Assembly: GCA_963833985.1 (NCBI GenBank)
Contig: CAWIAD010000002.1
Coordinates: 5,856,001 to 5,920,000, forward strand
Length of the DNA: 64,000 bases
DNA from: an uncultured Planctomycetaceae bacterium
GTDB taxonomy: Bacteria > Planctomycetota > Planctomycetia > Isosphaerales > Isosphaeraceae
Direction of reading: 5' to 3'
This document shows positions 48,572 through 59,049 of this stretch, piece by piece. Positions within the stretch are counted from its first letter, which is position 1. Each line of letters begins with the position of its first letter. Both the position numbers and the translations under genes were made by a program. The notes below the pieces were generated by a model, which was not told where the DNA came from, made no database searches, and saw only the letters and a program-made list of their open reading frames with translations.

Positions 48572-49750
48572 CTAATGCTCCCCGAGTTCGTCCAGAAGGC
48601 GGGAGAGGACGACGTCCGAATCGAAGTATTCGCGGGCGAGCTCGTCAGCAGCGCGGCTGTGGGCCGCGTAGTCCGAGTTGATCGCCTCGATGGCCTCTAC
48701 GGCCTCCTCAATGTCCGAGAATGCGAACAGCCCCTCCCCCGTCGGAAGAAGGTCGCTGAAGCCGGTATCCTGAGTAACCACCGGACGGCCGGCCGCCAGG
48801 TAGGTCGCGCTGCGATCACTGAACCAGCCACTGCGGAGTCGAACGTTTTGATCCTTGGCGACGGTGAACTCGCCTCGAGACGAGGCGATGTAATCACGAT
48901 ATTCGTCCAGATCCGTGGAAAAGTCCAGCGCGTGTCTCACGTTCCAGCCCTTGCTCTCGAGCATCTGCCGGTCCGACTCATCGTACTTGCTGAGAGCCAG
49001 TTCGAATCGCTGTTCGACGCGGGAAGGGAGATCAAGAAACTTGAGGAACTCCTGGTGCTTGCTCCAGGTGTAACGCTCGCCCCCGAAGACGAGCTCGCGC
49101 TGCCGTTGCCGCCAGTTGCCAATGGTCGTGAACATGGGACCGGGAGGCCTGGCCTCCTCGCGCCAGAATTCGAGCACTACGGGTTGCCGCGTAGGCCGAA
49201 ACTCGTAGCGGTCGGATACCGGCAGGAGGCATCTGGTCCGGCCGTAATTCTCCCCGAAGGTAAAAAAAGCGCAGTGCGAATCCAGAAACTCGATCGTCTG
49301 CGGATTGTCTTCGGACAGCTCGATCTGGACCTGAACGGGATCCGTCTCCAGAAAGACCAGCCGGTTGGTCGCGCAATGCTCTGGCAATGGCAGAGTTCCG
49401 CCATGGAGGTTGATGATCCACCGGGTCGAATCGTACAGATGTGAGAGTTGCGCAGTGCTCAGGCCGTAGCTCCGGTGGTCGGCGTGCAACGCGTGGAACG
49501 CCCAGCGGTCACCGAGATCGAATCGACGCAGGACGCCCGCGAGGAAGGCCGCGACCTTGTCCGAGCCGTCGTGGTCCGTGGAGTCCAGGAACATCGTGGG
49601 CGTGGTCGCGTGCGCCTCGACATAGTAGACCTCGTAGCCGAGCCGCTGGAAGCCCAGCAGGTAATGCACCGTCTGCCAGATGACGCCGGCGACCGGCATC
49701 CTGGCCATCATGCCGAGCAAGACGATCTTCTTCTGGCGGAGGAGGTTCAA
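48572..49750 (-). CDS. GT-B-like glycosyltransferase (paralog 1)
   Basis: AGVIWQTVHYLLGF, LETDPVQVQ, GEFTVAKDQN, GWFSDRSATYLAAGRPVVTQDTGF. Confidence 0.82.
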   Translation of the reverse strand: MNLLRQKKIVLLGMMARMPVAGVIWQTVHYLLGFQRLGYEVYYVEAHATTPTMFLDSTDHDGSDKVAAFLAGVLRRFDLGDRWAFHALHADHRSYGLSTAQLSHLYDSTRWIINLHGGTLPLPEHCATNRLVFLETDPVQVQIELSEDNPQTIEFLDSHCAFFTFGENYGRTRCLLPVSDRYEFRPTRQPVVLEFWREEARPPGPMFTTIGNWRQRQRELVFGGERYTWSKHQEFLKFLDLPSRVEQRFELALSKYDESDRQMLESKGWNVRHALDFSTDLDEYRDYIASSRGEFTVAKDQNVRLRSGWFSDRSATYLAAGRPVVTQDTGFSDLLPTGEGLFAFSDIEEAVEAIEAINSDYAAHSRAADELAREYFDSDVVLSRLLDELGEH

Positions 49751-52533
49751 GCAAATTGCTCCTTGTTCTCCGAAGGCGACGAACCCTCAAGCGCCACGAG
49801 CGACCGGTAGGCAGGTCCGAATGCACCTGGGAGCTCGGCGTCCTCGGGATCCGGAGCGGACCGGGAGCGGTTGCCAGGGTCGGCAGCGGGCCCGGAGTCA
49901 GCGCGCGCCGTCGCACGCTCCGATCGGGGCTGCGTCTTTTCCGGGCATTCGATCATGTTCATCCGGTGCGCCTGGTCGCGGAACAGGGCGATCACGCGGG
50001 TGGCCGCGGCCAGGCCACGCGCCCAGGCCCGGATGCCCAGGCCCAACGCCAGTGCCCCGGCACTTGCCGCCACCCGGGGATATGGCGAGGCAACGGCCCC
50101 AAGCGCGAGCAGGCTGACCGCACCGATGACCTTGAGCCTGGCTGTCGGGCCCAGCTGATATCGGATCCGGATCAGCCGCCTGCCGAGCCCATGCTCCTCC
50201 TGGGCGGTCACGACTTTCAACATCAGCCCCGAAACGCAGTAGACGGCCATGTCCCACTCGAACCAGCCGGTGTCCAGGATCTTGCCCCAGCGGTGTTCGT
50301 CCAGAAACGCCACAGCCCGTCTCAGAACATCGGTTCGATCGGCACCCGACTCAGACCAGAAGGCTGCCGACCGATAGCCGGTCCATGACAACCGCTCCCG
50401 ACCGACGTCAGATGGAGACGGACCTGGCCCGGGTGCGCGCTGCGAACTGAGGTGGGTCCGGTAGCGCGTCCAGGAACGCACAAGCGGCTGCACATAACAG
50501 AGCGCAGCGATCAGCAGCCGGGCACGCCAGCGCCGGTGGGCGGGCACGAAGCGGGTCTGTGCCGCTTGCAAGGCGGCAACCAGAAGCGACAGTCCCAGCA
50601 TCCCCGCACCAGGGACCCACCCGAGGGGAAAGAGGAGCGGACCGGTGAGCCCGATCAGGACGGCGGCCACCTGCCATTCGAGTGTGCTGGGCAACATCGC
50701 CCAGTGGGCGGAGCCCGGCTGGTACAGGCACTGGAACATCCCGGTCCCGAACGTGCCGCGATAGATGATCGGCACGGCGACCTGGAGGCCCTGCGCCGAA
50801 CCACCGTACATCACCCCGCCCCACTTTCCATCGCCGCGGCCGTTGAACTTGTCGGGGTGTTTGAAGTGAAGTAACGCCTCGGCTTCGCCATAGCCGGCCT
50901 GCTGCCGGAGGTACGCGATCGCGTTCTGCCTGCGGTGGTGCCAGACAAACGCGCCCGGGGCGAAGGTGATCGTGAACCCTTCGTGCTGGAGTCGCCAGCA
51001 GATATCCACATCGTCGCCGGCCTTACGGAACTGGGGATCGAAGCCGTTGATCGCCTCCAGCGCGTCACGGCGAAAGGCCATATTGCAGCCGGGGATGTGC
51101 TCCGCAACCTGGTCGGCCATCAAGACGTGCGTCGGCTGACCGGGTGACGCGGCGACGCAGCCGGCCAGCCAGCCATCCTGGGGCGTCAGGTTCGGCCCCC
51201 CCACCGCGGCCGCCCCGCTCCCGATAAGCTGGTGAATCAAATGGATCAGCCAGTTCGGGTCCGCCACGCAGTCGGAGTCCGTGTAGGCGATCACGGAACC
51301 CGTGGCGCACCGGAGCCCGGCGTTTCGCGCCACACTCAAGCCTTGATGGGGCTGATGAATGGCGACCACAACCTCCGGGTATCGCTCCAGGATCTCCCGG
51401 GTATCATCGGTCGAGCCGTCGTCCACGACGATGACCTCGTAGTCCGGATAATCAAGGGCACCGAGCGATCGGAGGCACTCGTCGAGCGTCGCCCCTCCAT
51501 TGTGCGAGCACACGACCACCGATACCCGCGGTGTCTCCGCCAGGAGGCGGGGGAAGGACGCCTTGAAAACCTTCTGCACGGCGTGGTAGGAGACCTTGGG
51601 GGTCCGATCGGCGCGGGTGATTCCGAAGGCCCAGTCCTCGACCGGGAAGCCGCCGGTGTGCCAGTCGTCCGTCCAGGAGAAGACATAAGCACCCGCAAGG
51701 CCCATCAGCTCGGACTCGCGCAGGTGGCCCGCGAGCATGCGGGCCTGCGCTGCCTCGCCATGGCGGAGCGTGTCCAGACCGAGCTCTCCCAGGACCAGCG
51801 GGCGGTCGCCCACCAGGTTCTGCAGGCGGAAGACATAGTCGCGGAACGCTGCGTGGTCGTGAAGATAGACGTTGAATGTCACGAAATCGAGGAACGGCAG
51901 ATCCAGATACTCCGTCGGTGGATAACTGGCGTAGGTCACAAGGCCGTCGGGGGCGGCCTGCTTGACCGTGTCCCGCAGCTCTTCGAGAAATCGGGCGACG
52001 CGGCGCGTGCCATGCCACCGGACGATATCTGTCGGGATCTCATTGCCGATGTTGTAGGCGAGGACGCTCGGGTGTAGTCGACCGGCTTCGGCCGCAAGTC
52101 GCACCTCGCTGCGGGCATCCGCCTGGGCTCGGCCACTCTGGAGGAAGCAGATGTGAGTCGGCCACGGGATGTCCATCAGAATGGAGATCCCGCTTTCGTC
52201 CGCCAGATCGAGTAACCACTCCGGCGGCACATGATACACGCGGATCGAATTGGCGCCGAGTGCACGCAGGCTCGCCATGTCATCACAGAACCGCTTCCGC
52301 GTCGGGAACGGCCGGCCTTCCCGGTCGGGAGCGAACGGACCATATGTCACGCCGCGGAGACTCAGTCGCCTCCCGTTCCGGGCGAACGTCTTGCCGTGGA
52401 CGCGAACACGACCATCGACGACGTGGGATGCCGCGTCGTTCGACGATCTGGCGACGACGTTGACGTCCTCACCGGTTCGGATGGCCATGCGTTGGACCCG
52501 TCTCAAGAAGGAGAACCGACGTGCCACGATCAT
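49747..52533 (-). CDS. Fusion of clan GH-A (GH2-like) TIM barrel + GT2 + membrane domain
   Basis: RGVTYGPF, GANSIRVY, IGNEIP, LGELG, FSWTDDW; then VSVVVC, VDDGSTD, YTDSDC, GCNMAFR, GDDVD; C-terminal TM helices. Confidence 0.88.
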   Translation of the reverse strand: MIVARRFSFLRRVQRMAIRTGEDVNVVARSSNDAASHVVDGRVRVHGKTFARNGRRLSLRGVTYGPFAPDREGRPFPTRKRFCDDMASLRALGANSIRVYHVPPEWLLDLADESGISILMDIPWPTHICFLQSGRAQADARSEVRLAAEAGRLHPSVLAYNIGNEIPTDIVRWHGTRRVARFLEELRDTVKQAAPDGLVTYASYPPTEYLDLPFLDFVTFNVYLHDHAAFRDYVFRLQNLVGDRPLVLGELGLDTLRHGEAAQARMLAGHLRESELMGLAGAYVFSWTDDWHTGGFPVEDWAFGITRADRTPKVSYHAVQKVFKASFPRLLAETPRVSVVVCSHNGGATLDECLRSLGALDYPDYEVIVVDDGSTDDTREILERYPEVVVAIHQPHQGLSVARNAGLRCATGSVIAYTDSDCVADPNWLIHLIHQLIGSGAAAVGGPNLTPQDGWLAGCVAASPGQPTHVLMADQVAEHIPGCNMAFRRDALEAINGFDPQFRKAGDDVDICWRLQHEGFTITFAPGAFVWHHRRQNAIAYLRQQAGYGEAEALLHFKHPDKFNGRGDGKWGGVMYGGSAQGLQVAVPIIYRGTFGTGMFQCLYQPGSAHWAMLPSTLEWQVAAVLIGLTGPLLFPLGWVPGAGMLGLSLLVAALQAAQTRFVPAHRRWRARLLIAALCYVQPLVRSWTRYRTHLSSQRAPGPGPSPSDVGRERLSWTGYRSAAFWSESGADRTDVLRRAVAFLDEHRWGKILDTGWFEWDMAVYCVSGLMLKVVTAQEEHGLGRRLIRIRYQLGPTARLKVIGAVSLLALGAVASPYPRVAASAGALALGLGIRAWARGLAAATRVIALFRDQAHRMNMIECPEKTQPRSERATARADSGPAADPGNRSRSAPDPEDAELPGAFGPAYRSLVALEGSSPSENKEQFA

Positions 52534-53008
52534 CCCAGCTCAAAGCAACGACATATCGAGGTCATCGAGCTCGAACGATCAGCGACGGAGTGCTCAAATG
52601 CGTTTCTTGACATAACGCTATTCTATTACCATGGCCAGGACGTGCTCGAAAGCGGAACGTTCGAATCGAGCCGCTTTCAACATGTCCTCATGAGCCCTTA
52701 TCGACAATTCTGACCGCACTTTGCGGAGGCGGGCCAGAGGCGGCGCTGGCCGTGAGCCGGCAAGCGGCTCCGGGAAACGGGCATCGTGATCAGAACCGTT
52801 CGCCCGCCGGTCTCGGGGCCGCGGCCGGGGCCCACACATCCGACCGAGGGCGAGTGCCGAAGGCAGGCCATGCATCAGAGATCCTTCTCGGTGTGCCTGC
52901 CAGGGTCGATCAAGTTTGAATGGTCCGCCCAGGGAGTGTACCGTCCGGTCGAGATGCCGGCCTGACCTGGGTTGTCCCGGGGCCAAACCGGCTCTCCGTT
53001 GCGGCACA

Positions 53009-54859
53009 TCACACCGTTTCCGAGATGATACCGGCCCTGTTGAAGAGCAACGCGACCGGACCGATCGGCTGACCGCCGATGATGAGCCGGTAGGTCCTGT
53101 GCGGGTTGAGATGAAAGTTCGGGAAGATGCTGACGATGTTCGTGGCGGGGTCAAAATTCACCCGGTGGAAGCGGATCTTCACCACTCTCCCCGCGCGATT
53201 GGGAGCCGTCGTCAGCAGATAGTTGCCCGGGCGAGCGGCCGCGCTCGCATCAGTGCTACTGGCGAGGGCGAGGACGATCGCTTCTGCATGTCGGTTCCGG
53301 TAACCGGTCGGCACGCTTGGCGAGATCACCGAAGTGTACCCGGGGGCGATCGAGGCGAAGGGTTCGACCGTCACGGTCGTCGTGCCCGTGCCGGCCGCCA
53401 CCATGCGAACCGAGCCGCCACCGCTCACGCTTGAACTGGGGCCGTACGTGTCGGCGATGAACAGGTTCCCCGTGGCGTCCACCGCCACGGACCGAGGACT
53501 GGATAACCCCGCTGCCGTCGCCGGCCCGTTATCGCCGGTCGACCCGAAGGTGCCGGTGCCAGCAACGGTGGTGATGACTCCCGTTGTCAGGTTGACCGTT
53601 CGGATGGAGTTGTTATCGCGATCGGCGATGTAAAGGATATTCCCCGCGCTATTCAGCGCCAGCCCCCACGGGGTGGCCAGCTCCGCCGACTTGGCCGGGC
53701 CGTTGTCGCCGGTATAACCGATCGTACCGGTTCCCGCGATCGTGGTGATAACTTGCGTGCTGGCTGTCACCTCGCGGATGACCTCGTTGTCGCTGTCGGC
53801 GATGAAGAGATTCCCGGAGCTGTCGACTGCCACGCCGGAGGGGTCGAACAGCGTGGCTGACGTGGCCGGCCCGCCATCGCCGGTGTAGCCCGCCGTGCCG
53901 GTTCCCGCGACCGTGGTGATGATGCCGGTCGTCAGGTTCACCTCCCGCACCACGTTGTTGAACGTGTCGGCGATGTACAGCGACTGCCCGTTCGGGCCGA
54001 CCGCCACGGCTGTGGGGGATGCGAGCGCGGCGGACGTGGCCGCGATGTTGCTGCCGCCGTTGCCATACGTGCCGGTGCCCGCAACGGTGCTGACCTGGCC
54101 CGTCGCCAGGTTCAGCTCTCGGATGGTGTTGTTGTCGCGGTCGGCGATGAAAAGCGCATTCAACTGAGTGTCGACCGCCAGTCCGCGAGGGGAGAAGAAC
54201 TCGGAGCTCAGGGCCGGGCCATCGACATTGCCGGCGGTGCCGTTACCAGCGATGACGCTGATGAGACCCGTACTGGGGCTGACCGCGTCAATCTCGTTGT
54301 TGAACGTATCGCTGATGTAGACGGTTCCATCCGGGCCTACCCCAACGCCGAAGGGATTGGCTAGCTCGGCGGATGCCGGCGCCACACCGGAGGGCGTGAC
54401 CGTGTTTCCATAGGTGCCGTTGCCCGCCACGTTGAAGATGTAGCCGGCGGATGTCGTGCTCGTGCTGCCGCCGAACGTCGAGGTGCCGCCATAGGTCGCC
54501 GTTACCGAGTACGTCCCGGCCGGCAATACGGTCGACAGCGTCGCCGTGCCATTGGACAGGGTCGCACTGCCGAGCAGGTTGAACCCGTTCTCGAACACCA
54601 CCGTCCCACCGGTTGGAACGATGTTGATGCCAGGTGGATTGGACTGGACCGTGGCTGTGAGGACCTCCGCCTGGCCGTGAACCAGATTGCTCGCAGACGC
54701 GGAGACTGAGGTCAAGGTTGGGGTGGTCAGCAACTGCCGCTCTTCCAGCTGCATCAGAGTCTGGTCCAGGCAACTTCGATGGCGGTCCCTCGCGCGCTGG
54801 CGACTCGGAGAGCGACGCGATCTGGAAGTGAACCAACTCGGCGAGGGCATGAAACGCAT
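53009..54859 (-). CDS. Secreted Ig-like + NHL-repeat beta-propeller surface protein
   Basis: Basic N-terminus then LEERQLL (planctomycete export-like motif); Ig-like group-3 domain; ~6 repeats of I.TVAGTG..G..GD.GPAT.A.L..P..VAVD..GNL.IAD. Confidence 0.9.
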   Translation of the reverse strand: MRFMPSPSWFTSRSRRSPSRQRARDRHRSCLDQTLMQLEERQLLTTPTLTSVSASASNLVHGQAEVLTATVQSNPPGINIVPTGGTVVFENGFNLLGSATLSNGTATLSTVLPAGTYSVTATYGGTSTFGGSTSTTSAGYIFNVAGNGTYGNTVTPSGVAPASAELANPFGVGVGPDGTVYISDTFNNEIDAVSPSTGLISVIAGNGTAGNVDGPALSSEFFSPRGLAVDTQLNALFIADRDNNTIRELNLATGQVSTVAGTGTYGNGGSNIAATSAALASPTAVAVGPNGQSLYIADTFNNVVREVNLTTGIITTVAGTGTAGYTGDGGPATSATLFDPSGVAVDSSGNLFIADSDNEVIREVTASTQVITTIAGTGTIGYTGDNGPAKSAELATPWGLALNSAGNILYIADRDNNSIRTVNLTTGVITTVAGTGTFGSTGDNGPATAAGLSSPRSVAVDATGNLFIADTYGPSSSVSGGGSVRMVAAGTGTTTVTVEPFASIAPGYTSVISPSVPTGYRNRHAEAIVLALASSTDASAAARPGNYLLTTAPNRAGRVVKIRFHRVNFDPATNIVSIFPNFHLNPHRTYRLIIGGQPIGPVALLFNRAGIISETV

Positions 54860-55039
54860 GGTCAGGATTCTCCTTGGGAAAGGGCCTCACGGCAACGACG
54901 ATGGGTGAAGGATCCGATCTGCGAGACGGTGGGACTGACCCCGGCGAGGATCGACACAGGGCAGACCCAGCGATCGGGCATGGTTCGTGTCACCCGCGAT
55001 CAAAAAGTTGACCATTGACCGGTAGACTTGCAACTCAGC

Positions 55040-55340
55040 AGGCGACAGGAAGAGATATGTTCTGCAGCAATTAACATTTGGTATCTAATGTACATAATTA
55101 ACGAGATAGGCATATTTGAGTCTAAGAATTGTGTGAAACATAAGTCAAACCCACCATGTTCATGTGGTTCCTAAAAGCTCGAATGATTCCCAGTTTCGCC
55201 GACCTTGAACTTTCAAAGGCTCATTACCGTATGTGTAATAGTCCTACGCTGAGTTATCAGGTTAGGTCAAGTAGGTAATCCAGGAGATTTAGCCTTTTTC
55301 ACAAACCTTGCGTGCTGGATAAACTGCAATACCCGTTGTA
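55040..55340. promoter_or_regulatory. AT-rich intergenic region, probable promoter/regulatory region of the glycan cluster
   Basis: Sharp AT enrichment directly upstream of the first gene of the minus-strand cluster; no ORF. Confidence 0.45.
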
Positions 55341-55750
55341 TTCGGCCCATCGATGGCTCTCGGGGGCGCGGGCAACCAGGTCCCTACAGGCGACGGCCAC
55401 GCCTCGCCAGGGTTCTTCGGTGAGGCAGTGGATGAACGTATGAGCCTACCAATCGGCACCATCACGCAGCAGCGATCGCCGCGGGCTCGGCCTCGAGCCG
55501 CGATCTTACTTCGCTGCGGGCTTCAATTTCGCAAGGTGCGCCACGTGTTCGTCGAGGCTCGCCAGCCCCGTGAAGTCGTGGCAGTTCATCTCGTAGGTAC
55601 GCACGGCTGGCTTCCTCTCGAGAGGCGGATCGTCAGCATCCGGAATTACCGGGTGGCCGCGTGGGGTGGGCAGGCCGGTGGTGTCTGCCAGGGCTGTGAC
55701 ATCGTCGCCGCGCGTGCAGTCTCGAACCGGTGCCGAGAGTCGGGCCGAAC

Positions 55751-56047
55751 TGTGCGTGAGCAGGCTAACCGACGCGAAATCAGCGATTCCTGCGCAACTT
55801 CGCTGAGGGTACCAAGAAAAATCCCCTCGAAGAGCCTGATCACTTGATCAAACGCCCCGAGGGGTGTACTCCGTGGTTTACCACAACGGCGGAGTACTCG
55901 ACCATGTATCATGAATTGCCTCGAGCTGCCAGCTTCTGGTCGTTCCTTTGGGCTGTCGACCAAGATCTCGCAGAGGAGACCCGCAAGCAAGCATGTCCAT
56001 GTGGCGGCCGCCTCCACGCCGCCAATTACCTCCGCAAGCTACGAGCA
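55751..56047 (+). mobile_element. Truncated, diverged left end of the four-gene transposon family
   Basis: Starts TGTGCGTGAGCAGGCTAA; encodes MYHELPRAASFWSFLWAVDQDLAEETRKQACPCGG; cut at the IS21 left end. Confidence 0.85.
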
Positions 56048-56124
56048 TGTCAGGCGACACTAAAACTGACCCCCCTGACGACACTAAAACTGACCCCCTC
56101 CTATACACATGACGAGGAGGGGCT

Positions 56125-57463
56125 ATGGACAAGTTGGGATCCGATTTGGTCAACCTGCACAGTATGCAGGCGGACCAATCGGACGGAACGAGTGTCCACC
56201 TGCGGGCCACGCAGGAGGACAACAGGATGCTGGAACCGGAACTCGTGGATCGGATCCACGAACTGTCCGGCCAAGGTTTCGGGAGCAAACGGATTGCTCG
56301 TGAGTTGGGGATCTCCCGTAACTCGGTCCGCCGTTATCTCGCTGGAGCCACGGTCGGCTTTCAAGAACGTCCCGCGGCGCGTCGTCTCGACGACGGCACG
56401 CTTCGCGAAGTGCACGATCTCTACGGTACTCTTGCCGAGGGAAACGCCGTCGTCATTCAACAGGAGCTGGCCAGTCGGGGCATCCACGTCGAGTTGCGAA
56501 CCTTGCAACGAGCCGTCGTTCCTCTGAGACAGGAACAGCGCCGAGGCTCTGGCCACAGTCCGGTTCGAGACCCCGCCGGGTCAACAAATGCAAATCGATT
56601 TTGGTGAGAAGACCGTGCGGATCGCAGGTCAGCCCGTGAAGGTGCACTTGATGACCGCGGTCCTGGGGTACTCGCGCCGGATCTATTGCCGGGCATTTCT
56701 CGCCGAACGGCAGGATGATTGGCTCGAGGGAATCGACGGGGCATTCCGACATTTTGGCGGTCTCACAGAACAGATCCTCTGTGACAACGCGTCACCCTTG
56801 GTCGTCTCCCACGACCGCCAGTCCGGTGAGGTCGTGTGGAATCCAGGCTTCGAGGCCTTCTGCCGCGATCGTGGAGTTCTTGCCAAGGCGTGCCGTCCCC
56901 GCCGTGCGCGAACCAAAGGCAAGATCGAACGGGGCGTCGGCTACGTCAAGCATAATGCCCTGGCCGGTCGTTCATTCGTTTCCTTCGCTGAGCTGGAACG
57001 ACACCTGGCAAGGTGGCAGGTTGACGTCGCCGACCAGCGGATTCATGGCACCACCAAGGAGCGTCCGGCTGTGCGCTTCGAGCGCGATGAACGAGAGGCT
57101 CTGGGGCCTCTGCCCACACGCCCTTTGCCGACGCGGACTCGTCGGTTGAAGCGTCGCGTGAGCACAGATTGCTTCGTTGATATCGATACAATTCGATATA
57201 GCGTGCCCTATCAGCATGTTCGAGAGACCGTCGAAGTGGTCGTCAAGGAGGAAGACGTCGAGATCTGGTTGCGTGGGACCTGCATCGCCAAACACATGCG
57301 GAGCCGCGAGCCCCGCGCCTGGGTTCGCAATCCGATGCACTTCGAGGGACTGTTCCGCCGCATGAGCGGAGCACAGGCTTTGCCTCCTCCCACGCCGAGC
57401 GATAACTCCGGAACCCGCCCGTTGTCAATCTATGCCGAACTGGTGGAAGGAGGCCGCCTGTGA
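56125..57463 (+). pseudogene. istA: IS21 transposase IstA, frameshift at ~56540
   Basis: HTH IARELGISRNSVRRYL; ATVRFETPPGQQMQIDFG, LGYSR, CDN, TKGKIERGVGY, RIHGTT lie in a different frame. Start may be 56227. Confidence 0.9.
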
Positions 57464-58166
57464 ACCTCCTTGTTGACCCTGATGACCCGCAAGAGGAGCG
57501 GATCCTCGCGGCGCTGAAGCGGCTCCAGTTGACTCACCTGCGTGAGTCTCTCCCCGCAGTTCTGTCCGAGGCGGCCAAGGGGAGCTGGACCTACCTGGAG
57601 TTCCTCGATCAGATCCTGCGGCGCGAGATGGACGCCAAGCAGGGCAAGCGGATCCGGATGGGGATGCAGATCGCCCACTTCCCCTGTGTCCGGACCATCG
57701 AGGCGTTTGATTTCGCGTTCCAACCGTCCGTCGACGAGCGGTTGATCCGGGAGCTGTCGACCGGCAATTTCATCGCTCATGGTGAGAACGTGTTGATATT
57801 CGGACCTCCTGGAGGTTGATCATCGACGAACTGGGCTACCTGCCCTTCGAGCGTCGGGCAGCGCACCTGTTCTTCCAGTTGGTCAACCGCCGATACGAGA
57901 AAGGGAGCCTGCTGGTCACGACGAACCAGCGGGTTTCCGAATGGGGAATCGTCTTCGGAGACGAAGTGCTGGCGACGGCAATCTTGGATCGGTTACTCCA
58001 TCACAGCCACACACTTTTGATCACGGGAGAAAGTTATCGTCTGCGGGAGAAGCGTAAGAGCGGATTGATCCGATCGCGGTTGGCGAACGCCGACCCGGAG
58101 AAGCCCCACCTGGGGCCGGAGGTGACGATCGAAAAGAGACACGAGAAGGCCAGCAAGAACCGATAA
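57460..58166 (+). pseudogene. istB: IS21 helper ATPase IstB with internal deletion
   Basis: FDFAFQP, then Walker A cut after GPPG and joined out of frame to LIIDELGY; RYEKGS, TTN, AILDRLLHH, GESYR. Confidence 0.9.
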
Positions 58167-58233
58167 CAAGGGAGCATGCTGGAAGTGGGGATCAGTACAC
58201 GTCCGAGGGGGTCAGAATTAGTGTCGCCTGACA

Positions 58234-58770
58234 CCAGAAGACCTGCCAGCGGGCGATGGTCCGGCGGTCGGCGCCGAAGCGTGTGGAAAGCTCGCGGACG
58301 CGGCGTGGCGAGGGTCCCTGCCGCATGGCGCTGATGAGGATCACGATCGCGCCCAGGTAGACCTTGCGGCCCAGGAAGCGCACCGACGGCGGTGTGACTC
58401 TCTTCCTGCAGCCCTCGCGATCGCAGCAGAAGCTCAGTCTGAGGCATTCTTGCTCGGGTAGCTGGACGGCAGTGCCGCGTGGCTTGCGGAGATAGTTGGC
58501 GGCGTGCAGGCGGCCGCCACATGAACATGCTTGCTTGCGGGTTTCCTCTGCGAGATGCTGGTCGACAGCCCAAAGAAACGACCAGAGCCTGGCGGTCCGG
58601 GGTAAATCATGATACATGGTCGAGTACTCCGCTGTTGTGGTAAACCACGGAGTACACCCCTCGGGAAGCTTGATCAAGTGACCAGGCTCTTCGAGGGGAA
58701 TTTTGTTGGTACCCTCAGCGATGTTGCTCAGGAATCGCTGATTTCGCGTCGCTTAGCCTGCTCACGCACA
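58234..58770 (-). mobile_element. Truncated left end (537 bp) of the four-gene transposon, inverted copy of 21835-22371
   Basis: Reverse complement matches copy 1; same protein up to RTIARWQVFW, where the IS21 right end begins. Confidence 0.9.
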
Positions 58771-59049
58771 GCAGTGATTTGAGGGCTCACTGCCCCAGCA
58801 AGTCACACCCAACACGCTAATCGTGATCGTCGGACACACAAGAACAAAAATTGGACGGCGGTCAGCGGCACAGGGGAGGCAGGAATCCTTGCCGCCGTCC
58901 GTTTACAGCGATGGATTGAGCGGGGACGATGAGGTCGGGTCTGCTTCAGACTTGAAATCACAAGATTTCCAGAATTGTTTATAGGCAATCGTACCCAGGG
59001 GGTAGGTGGGTTAAAGACCACCGTCGTTGTCTTCTTGCTTATGTTCGAC

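Larger units (their letters stand above)
56048..58233 (+). mobile_element. Defective IS21-family insertion sequence
   Basis: TIR TGTCAGGCGACACTAA / TTAGTGTCGCCTGACA; internal repeat GACACTAAAACTGACCCC twice at the left end; no TSD. Confidence 0.92.

Noticed and set aside
55353..55750. Anti-sigma zinc-finger remnant (minus-strand MNCHDF...LDEHVAH)
   Set aside because: Very short, interrupted by stops, and the Cys/His pattern is incomplete.
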